DNA of 64,000 nt, the filler included, from Acidimicrobiia bacterium (lineage in GTDB: Bacteria; Actinomycetota; Acidimicrobiia; Spongiisociales; CAZKJJ01): NCBI GenBank assembly GCA_046759765.1. It is 3 parts of 3 records of this genome, joined end to end, with 100 filler letters (N's around TTAATTAATTAA, not from the genome) between each part and the next. Parts side by side here need not be neighbours in the genome. Positions count along the whole stretch, not along the records: positions 47,914 to 64,000 come from JBHICV010000047.1; 2 more parts are not named here. One strand, given 5' to 3'. A model generated the notes under the pieces. The model worked only from the letters and a program-made list of their open reading frames with translations, did not search any database and was not told where the DNA came from. A program made the position numbers and the translations under genes. Below, piece by piece: positions 57,406 through 64,000 of this stretch (its first letter is position 1; each line of letters opens with the position of its first letter).

Positions 57406-58944
57406 GTGGATGGCCTCACCCTGAATCCCCTCACCGCCGGTCTCCCGCAAGACCTCCTTCCTCAACCCTCAACCCTCGTCATCCTCGGGGCGGCCGGCGA
57501 TCTGTCTCGGCGGAAGCTCCTGCCTGCCCTTTATAACCTCTCCCTCGATGGCCTCCTGCCAGCCGGCTTTGCCGTCCTCGGAGTGGCAGTGGACAAACTA
57601 GACGACTCGAGCTTTCAGAGCTTCGCCCGCGAGGCCGTGGAACGCTTCTCCCGGCGGCCGCCGGAGGCCGACCAGTGGTCGGGTTTCGCACGGATGCTCT
57701 TCTATCTCGCCGGCACGTTCGAAGATCCGCAGGTCTTCGCGGCCCTTCAGCGCAAGCTTGAACAGATCGAGGAGAAATTCGGTATCCCTGGCAATCGGAT
57801 TTTCTACCTGGCAATCCCGCCGACGTTGATCGCGACGTGCGTGCAGCAGCTCAAGACCGCCGGCTTAGTCGCCGGCCCGGAGAACGGCCGGATTTCGCGG
57901 GTCATCGTCGAGAAGCCGGTTGGCCGGGACCTGACGAGTGGCCGAGCGATCAATGATACCCTCACGCAAGCCTTCGCCGAGCGCCAGATCTTCCGCATCG
58001 ACCACTATCTCGGCAAGGAGACCGTGCAGAACATCCTCGTGCTGCGTTTCGCCAACTCCATCCTCGAGCCCATCTGGAATCAGAAGTACATTGATCACGT
58101 CCAGATCACCGTTGCCGAGGAGGAGGGTGTCGGAACTCGTGCGGGTTACTATGAACAGGCTGGGGCCCTTCGGGACATGGTCCAGAACCACCTCCACCAG
58201 CTGCTCTCCCTGATCGCCATGGAGCCCCCCCGCGCGACCGATGCCGAGGTGGTGCGGGACGCCAAGCTCGAAGTCCTCCGCTGCCTCCGCCCTGTGCGTG
58301 GCCCGGACGTCGAGCGCTTCGTGGTGCGCGCCCAGTACGGTCCGGGCTACCTCCGTGGCGAGGAGGTCCCGGGATATCGCCTCGAGGATAAAGTCCGCCG
58401 CGACTCAACAACGGAAACTTACGTGGCGCTCAGGTGCTTCATCGATAACTGGCGGTGGGCGGGGGTGCCGTTCTACCTGCGCACCGGCAAACGCATGCCG
58501 AAGCGCGCCACGGAGGTCGCCATCCAGTTCAAGGAGATCCCTCAGATTCTCTTCAACGCCGACCCGGTGACTCCCCTCGAACCCAACGTGCTCGCGCTTC
58601 GGATCCAGCCCAACGAGGGCTTCTCGCTTCGCATGAGCTCCAAGCTGCCCGGGCCTAAAGTACGAGTCTATCCGGTGAAGATGGACTTCGGCTACGGCAC
58701 CGTGTTCGGCGAGGACGCTCCGGAAGCTTACGAGCGCCTCCTCTTGGACGTCATGGCCGGCGATGCCACCCTGTTCATGAGACGCGACGCGGTCGAGACG
58801 TCCTGGGCCTGGGTGACCGACATCCTCGACGCCTGGGAGCAGAGCCGAACTCGCTTCATCCCCGAGTATCCAGCGGCGAGCTGGGGACCCGTCGAGGCCG
58901 AGAGGCTCATCCAGGCGAACGGCCGGAGATGGAGAACGCTCTGA
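57406..58944 (+). CDS. zwf: Glucose-6-phosphate 1-dehydrogenase
   Basis: GAAGDL, EKP, RIDHYLGKETVQN and RDMVQNH. Confidence 0.96.
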   Translation: MDGLTLNPLTAGLPQDLLPQPSTLVILGAAGDLSRRKLLPALYNLSLDGLLPAGFAVLGVAVDKLDDSSFQSFAREAVERFSRRPPEADQWSGFARMLFYLAGTFEDPQVFAALQRKLEQIEEKFGIPGNRIFYLAIPPTLIATCVQQLKTAGLVAGPENGRISRVIVEKPVGRDLTSGRAINDTLTQAFAERQIFRIDHYLGKETVQNILVLRFANSILEPIWNQKYIDHVQITVAEEEGVGTRAGYYEQAGALRDMVQNHLHQLLSLIAMEPPRATDAEVVRDAKLEVLRCLRPVRGPDVERFVVRAQYGPGYLRGEEVPGYRLEDKVRRDSTTETYVALRCFIDNWRWAGVPFYLRTGKRMPKRATEVAIQFKEIPQILFNADPVTPLEPNVLALRIQPNEGFSLRMSSKLPGPKVRVYPVKMDFGYGTVFGEDAPEAYERLLLDVMAGDATLFMRRDAVETSWAWVTDILDAWEQSRTRFIPEYPAASWGPVEAERLIQANGRRWRTL

Positions 58945-60050
58945 GCCGAGCGGGGTTCGTCTCCCACGAGCCCAAGCGCGTGGACGCAGCTCTGATCGAG
59001 CGAGAGCTCGCCCAGCTCTGGCGGCCGACCGAGGGCCACGAGGACGAGGCGCCCACCACGCGGGCCGCCACGGCGAATGTCATCGTGTTCTGCCGGACCG
59101 AGCAGCAGCACGAAGCGGTCGCGCAGGAGATGCTGACCATCGTCGCCCGACATCCGTCGCGCGTCGTGACGCTCGTGGCCGACCCGAGCAGTCAGAGCCC
59201 CGAGCTAGAAGTCAGTGTGACCACGCACTGCCGCCTCGTGGACGGACGGCAACAAATCTGCAGCGAGGATGTCACGATCCGGACGGGCCCTCCGGGGCTC
59301 CGCCGCGTTCCCTCCATGGTGCGCTCCCTCCTCCTCGGCGATCTGCCCACAACGCTCTGGTGGGCCTCACCCGAAGCCCCACCCCTCGTCGGCGCCCTCC
59401 TGGACGAGCTCGCCGGCCTTGCAAACCAAGTGATCTACGACAGCGTCGCCTGGTCCGACCCGCTTCGTCAGCTCGTCGTCACGGCGAAGTGGCTGGCGGG
59501 CGAGCGATCTCAGGTCGTCTCCGACCTGGCTTGGCGTCGCCCAAAGCTCTGGCGTCGCCTCATGGCCCAAAGCCTCGATCCCGCGTGCGCACCTGAAGCC
59601 TTGGAGTCGATCACGGAGGTCCAGGTGGAACACGGGCCTCATGCCCTTACCCAAGCCTGGCTCCTCGTCGGCTGGCTCGCGTTGCGGCTCGGGTGGCAGC
59701 CACGCGGAGGGAAGGTGGCCCCGGGACCCGAGGTCCGTTGGTGGTTCGAGTGGCCCCACGGACAGCCGCAGGTCCTCATCCGACGCCGGGACGACGGCGC
59801 GGCGGAGATCAAGAGCCTTCAGATTCGCTCTCGAGTCTCTGGCCGACCGGTGACGTTCCGCTTTCACGCGCAAGGGCCCGGCCGGGTCAGTGTTCTCGTC
59901 GACGGACTGGCCAGTCGCGAATTGACGCTCTCGGGTCCCGTCGCTTCCCGTGGTGAGCTGGTAGCCCGGCAACTCCTCGATCTCGCGCCCGACCAGCTTT
60001 TCCGTCAGAGCGTTGGGCTCGCACGGACGATGGCCGAGGCGATCCTCTGA
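58929..60050 (+). CDS. opcA: G6PD assembly protein OpcA
   Basis: Follows zwf. Motifs HPSR, CSE, LLLGDLPTTLWW, DLAW.R...WR and GWLA..LGW. Confidence 0.85.
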   Translation: MENALSRAGFVSHEPKRVDAALIERELAQLWRPTEGHEDEAPTTRAATANVIVFCRTEQQHEAVAQEMLTIVARHPSRVVTLVADPSSQSPELEVSVTTHCRLVDGRQQICSEDVTIRTGPPGLRRVPSMVRSLLLGDLPTTLWWASPEAPPLVGALLDELAGLANQVIYDSVAWSDPLRQLVVTAKWLAGERSQVVSDLAWRRPKLWRRLMAQSLDPACAPEALESITEVQVEHGPHALTQAWLLVGWLALRLGWQPRGGKVAPGPEVRWWFEWPHGQPQVLIRRRDDGAAEIKSLQIRSRVSGRPVTFRFHAQGPGRVSVLVDGLASRELTLSGPVASRGELVARQLLDLAPDQLFRQSVGLARTMAEAIL

Positions 60051-60115
60051 GGTAGGTCCCATCGTGCGGATACCCCTCAGACATGCGCGGTGGTGACGGG
60101 TAACACCTAGCTGCC

Positions 60116-61807
60116 ATGGCTCCCGATGCGTCGATCGCGTATTTCTCGATGGAGGTCGCCCTCGAAAGTCGCATCCCCACCTTCAGTGGGGGGCTTGGGG
60201 TGCTGGCGGGCGACACGCTCAGAAGTGCGGCCGATCTCGGGTTGCCGATGGTCGGCGTAACCCTCCTGCACCGGAAGGGGTACTTCTTTCAGCGGCTGGA
60301 CGCCGAGGGTCGGCAGCACGAAGAGCCCGTCACGTGGCCGATTGACGACCTCCTGACACCGACCAAAGCGGAATGTCATGCAGAGGTCGAAGGTCGACAG
60401 GTCACTCTGCGGGCGTGGCGATATTCGATTGTCGGGGTGGGCGGCAATGTGGTTCCCGTCTTCCTTCTGGACACGGACGTCCCTGGCAATGAGCCGTACG
60501 ATCGCCGACTGACTGACCACCTCTACGGCGGCGACGAGCGCTATCGCCTCTGCCAGGAAGTGATGCTAGGTATGGGTGGCATCCGCATGCTCTGGGCGCT
60601 TGGCTACACGGACATGGCTCGGTTTCACATGAACGAAGGCCATTCGGCCCTGCTCGCCCTGGAACTGTTTGCGGAGGAACTCAAGCGAACGCCCGAGCTG
60701 GACGAGGCTGCAGAGCGGGTCAAGCGCCGGTGTGTGTTCACCACGCACACCCCTGTGCCGGTCGGACATGATCAGTTCTCGCTTGACCTGGCCTCCCGGG
60801 TGCTCGGCGCTAAGCCGATCGAAACGCTCGACACGCTTGACTGCTGTGACGGGGCCCTCAACATGACGCGGGTGGCGCTCCGGTTGAGCCACTACGTCAA
60901 CGGCGTCAGCAAGCGGCACGGTGAGGTCTCACACTCGATGTTCCCTGGCTATCCCATCGGGTCAATCACGAATGGCGTGCACTCGGCCACATGGTCCGCC
61001 CCGTCGTTCAGCAAGCTATACGACCGTCACACCCCGGACTGGCGACGGGACAATTTCGCGCTCCGCCATGCGCTGAGCATTTCCCTCAAAGAGATCCGGC
61101 AGGCGCACCAAGAGGCCAAGCACCAGCTCGTCTCAGAAGTCAACAAGCGGGCAAACGCGGGATTCGAGGCGGATGTGTTCACTATCGGGTTTGCGCGTCG
61201 AAGCACGGCCTACAAGCGCCCTGACCTCCTGTTTCGGGACACCGAGCGGCTCCGTCGACTCGGTCGTCAGGCCGGCGGGCTCCAGCTCGCTTTCGCCGGC
61301 AAGGCCCATCCCCGCGACGAGGAGGGAAAGGCGCTGATTCAGAAGGTGTTCCATTGGGGAAAGCAACTTCACCCCGAGGTGAAGATCGCCTATCTGCCGA
61401 ATTACGACCTCGAGCTCGGCGGGTTGGTGACGGCGGGTGCGGATCTCTGGCTGAATACTCCCAGGCCTCCACACGAAGCCTCGGGCACCAGCGGCATGAA
61501 AGCTGCTCACAACGGCGTGCCCAGCCTGAGTATCCTCGACGGTTGGTGGCTGGAAGGACACGTTGAAGGGATCACCGGCTGGGCCATCGGCGACCGGAGC
61601 ACCGCGGCAGTGTCCGAGCGGCACGACGAGGACGATGCCAGAGATCTCTACTCGAAGCTCGAAGACGCCATCCTGCCTCTCTACCGCGACGACCCCGTTG
61701 GGTGGGTACAGCTCATGCGCTCCACCATCGCCTTCAACGCGTCGTACTTTAACACCCAGCGGATGCTCCAGCAGTACGTCGTCATGGCGTATACACACTA
61801 TTCGTAG
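60116..61807 (+). CDS. glgP: Alpha-glucan phosphorylase (short form)
   Basis: AYFSME, SGGLGVLAGD, HMNEGH, FARR..YKR and EASGTSGMKA (PLP Lys). Confidence 0.93.
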   Translation: MAPDASIAYFSMEVALESRIPTFSGGLGVLAGDTLRSAADLGLPMVGVTLLHRKGYFFQRLDAEGRQHEEPVTWPIDDLLTPTKAECHAEVEGRQVTLRAWRYSIVGVGGNVVPVFLLDTDVPGNEPYDRRLTDHLYGGDERYRLCQEVMLGMGGIRMLWALGYTDMARFHMNEGHSALLALELFAEELKRTPELDEAAERVKRRCVFTTHTPVPVGHDQFSLDLASRVLGAKPIETLDTLDCCDGALNMTRVALRLSHYVNGVSKRHGEVSHSMFPGYPIGSITNGVHSATWSAPSFSKLYDRHTPDWRRDNFALRHALSISLKEIRQAHQEAKHQLVSEVNKRANAGFEADVFTIGFARRSTAYKRPDLLFRDTERLRRLGRQAGGLQLAFAGKAHPRDEEGKALIQKVFHWGKQLHPEVKIAYLPNYDLELGGLVTAGADLWLNTPRPPHEASGTSGMKAAHNGVPSLSILDGWWLEGHVEGITGWAIGDRSTAAVSERHDEDDARDLYSKLEDAILPLYRDDPVGWVQLMRSTIAFNASYFNTQRMLQQYVVMAYTHYS

Positions 61808-61942
61808 CCGCGTCGTCAGGCCGCGAACCCGGCGGGCGATACTTCACCCGCCCGAGGTTTCGGTGATTGCTATGCGACGGCGGCGGTCAACTGCAACCCG
61901 CCGATCGTCAGAAGTGGTTGCGCGAGTTTGTCCATCTGCGGG

Positions 61943-62950
61943 CTAGAGACGAAAGCCGTAACGTGACAGCGCCAGCTCGACGATCTCGAGGATCGTCGCG
62001 GGATAGGTCCGACCCGAGGCGCGAGCTCCCTTTGCGAACTCGGCTCCCGAGTAAAGATAGGGGTTCGGATTGGCCTCGATCAAATACATCTTGTTGTTGG
62101 GCGTGATCCGAAAATCGAAGCGAGCGTAGTCACGCAGGTGAAGCGCCTGGAAGCTCGTCAGCGCAGTGCTCTGAATCGATTCGACCACGTCTCCCGGGAG
62201 ATCTTTGGGGATCCGGTATCTGCTGCCGCGGTAGGCGCGCGTACCCTCCTGCCACTTCACTTCCGTGCCGGCGATCCGCGGCTTCCCCTTCGGCAGGTGT
62301 GAGAGATCCAGCTCGACCGGGGGAAACGCTTCGGGTCGGGCGTTGCCGATCACGCCGACGTAGATTTCCCGGCCGTCGATGAACTGCTCGATCAGCACCG
62401 GATGGTTGAAGTCCGCATGGAGCTCGTCGATGCGCTCCATCAGTTCCTTGATGCTCCCGGCCAGCGCGCTGAATCCAATGCCGATAGACCCGTCTTCGCG
62501 GACGGGCTTGACGATCACGGGAAAGTCGATGTCATGCGCCCAGTCCAGGCGACCCCGAAAGACGGTCGCGAACATCGGGGTGCGCACCCGGTGAAACGCC
62601 AGCACCTTTTTCGTCAGCGCCTTGTCCATAGCCAGCGAGAGGCCGCGCGGCCCGGAGCCCGTGTACCGCAAGCCGACGAGCTCGTAGTAGGCGGCCACGT
62701 GGGGTTCCTTGGTGTTGTCATCCCCGAAGCTCTCCACGAGGTTGAAGATGAGATCGGCATCGACCTGGGCCAGCCGCTTGAGACACTCTCGGCTCCCATC
62801 CACGGCGAGGGCGAACGTCCTGTGCCCGGCGCGCCGTAAGACCTCGGTGATCTCCTCCACGTCGCTCTTACGCCGGGAGGCCCCGTTGCGCCGCTGCGCG
62901 TCGGTCGCGTCGTCAGGGTCGTGGGTGATCCCGATCCGAAGTCGCGCCAT
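61943..62950 (-). CDS. D-Ala-D-Ala-ligase-like ATP-grasp enzyme with non-canonical N-terminus
   Basis: YTGS, AMDK, PVIVKP..EDGSIG, EQFIDGRE, YARFDFR and IEANPNP. Confidence 0.85.
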   Translation of the reverse strand: MARLRIGITHDPDDATDAQRRNGASRRKSDVEEITEVLRRAGHRTFALAVDGSRECLKRLAQVDADLIFNLVESFGDDNTKEPHVAAYYELVGLRYTGSGPRGLSLAMDKALTKKVLAFHRVRTPMFATVFRGRLDWAHDIDFPVIVKPVREDGSIGIGFSALAGSIKELMERIDELHADFNHPVLIEQFIDGREIYVGVIGNARPEAFPPVELDLSHLPKGKPRIAGTEVKWQEGTRAYRGSRYRIPKDLPGDVVESIQSTALTSFQALHLRDYARFDFRITPNNKMYLIEANPNPYLYSGAEFAKGARASGRTYPATILEIVELALSRYGFRL

Positions 62951-64000
62951 TGCTCTCCTTTGCCTTTCGGGCGAGGCCCGAGGCCCGGGGCCCTAGAATG
63001 GGCCGCCGAACTCGAGGGACGAAGCTCCCCCGCGTCAGGTAGTTCATGCTGAGGGTGGTGGCGTAGGCCGTCAGCTCGACCAGCGTTCCGTCCTCGCTCT
63101 TTGTCTCCACGTAGAGCCCCAGTCGTTCCGCGGCCTTCTCAACGTTGTCGACCAGCGCTCGCACGACGCTACGGCGAACCCCCGTCCAGTACTCGATCTT
63201 GTTGACCAGGTTCGTTCGATGCTCGCGGACGAGCTCCCACGCGGGCCGGATACCTCGTGTCCGGCGTCCTTTCCGGACGAAGAAGTCCGGGAGGTCATTC
63301 TCAAGCGCCACTTCGACGGGCGTCGCCGTGGGCTGGTTCGCCCGGAAGAACTCCTCCACCGTCATGTCCATTTCTTCCACCGTGATATCCGTGGACGCCA
63401 GGCGGACCGGCGGCTCGGTCCCACCGACCGCACGGGCCATGCGGTCGACATAGCGCAGCTTGCGCATTACCGGCCAGCCGCGATAGCGCAGACGCCAGCG
63501 CGAGCGCGGCGTCAGCCACACCGCGAACGTTTCCCCGAAGTCTTCGTCCGGATGCTTCTGCGCGTACCACCCCTCAATATGACGCACGAACTTTCGATCG
63601 AACGGCACGGGCCGGTAGCGCTCACGGTAGGGTCGGTTAAACGGGCCGAAGAGCTCTCGCCACTCGGTCGTCTCATAGAGCCTGTAGGCGTAGTTGAAGG
63701 CATGACCGGCCTCGTGGCGCAGGTACCGGCGGATCTCGCGCTCTCCCTCGATGTCATCCATCTCTTTCTCGAGCCGAGCCAGCTTCGGGTCCGCCAGATA
63801 GAAGGGAATCCCGATGATGGGTTCTCGCGAAGGGCACCCCCACTCGTCGGTGAGATAGCAGGGCGGTCGGAAGTGTGTGAGCCCCTTTCGCTCGAGTTCG
63901 CGGTAGAGCAGCCGCACGTAGCGCTCCACCGGCGACCCCTCGAGTTTCAACCCGAGCTGGCTGATACGCTGGGGCAGCAGAGCCTGGACATCTGGGGGAG
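62913..64000 (-). CDS. Putative zinc-binding metallopeptidase, 5' truncated by the window
   Basis: IGIPFYLA, LRHEAGH (HExxH) and YAQKHPDEDFGETFAVWL. The frame stays open to the window edge (PPDVQALLPQRISQLGLKLE). Confidence 0.82.
   Translation of the reverse strand, partial: PPDVQALLPQRISQLGLKLEGSPVERYVRLLYRELERKGLTHFRPPCYLTDEWGCPSREPIIGIPFYLADPKLARLEKEMDDIEGEREIRRYLRHEAGHAFNYAYRLYETTEWRELFGPFNRPYRERYRPVPFDRKFVRHIEGWYAQKHPDEDFGETFAVWLTPRSRWRLRYRGWPVMRKLRYVDRMARAVGGTEPPVRLASTDITVEEMDMTVEEFFRANQPTATPVEVALENDLPDFFVRKGRRTRGIRPAWELVREHRTNLVNKIEYWTGVRRSVVRALVDNVEKAAERLGLYVETKSEDGTLVELTAYATTLSMNYLTRGSFVPRVRRPILGPRASGLARKAKESNGATSDRDHPRP

Noticed and set aside
1..64000. CRISPR arrays, transposases, integrases, rRNA or recognisable defence systems
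   Set aside because: I saw no repeat-spacer arrays or such genes on either strand.

Overview
This is a GC-rich bacterial metagenomic scaffold made of three contigs (1-24874, 24975-47813, 47914-64000). They are joined by artificial 100-nt N linkers carrying TTAATTAATTAA, so adjacency across the gaps is not biological. Contig 1 looks actinobacterial (Acidimicrobiia-like). It holds the conserved M16-peptidase-dapB-dapA-rnj-ftsK-cinA-thpR-recA backbone. recA (missed by the ORF track) carries a 364-aa LAGLIDADG intein, a LexA box and a PafBC-like promoter. Inserted in or next to this backbone are a 2-oxoacid dehydrogenase E1/E2 cluster, a CnoX-like thioredoxin coupled to a PGM1-like ATP-grasp ligase, and a HExxH-vWA protein plus a CbbQ/MoxR AAA+ ATPase. 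That ATPase shows a reciprocal swap of the Walker A Thr/Ser and Walker B Asp (GTGKD / IVSLSE), which is the most unusual signal I found. Contig 2 has tRNA-Val(CAC) at the contig edge, pfkA, an orphan ATP-grasp protein, a stand-alone NuoF-like gene, an HD-LuxR regulator with a candidate operator, a membrane cupredoxin, tatA, and an uncharacterised ABC/amidase/aminotransferase catabolic cluster. Contig 3 may come from a different organism. It has a glycogen and pentose-phosphate operon (malQ; fbp-fbaB-tkt-tal/pgi-gnd-zwf-opcA-glgP) and a coupled Zn-peptidase plus Ddl-like ligase pair. All calls come from reading motifs by eye; no database search was run.
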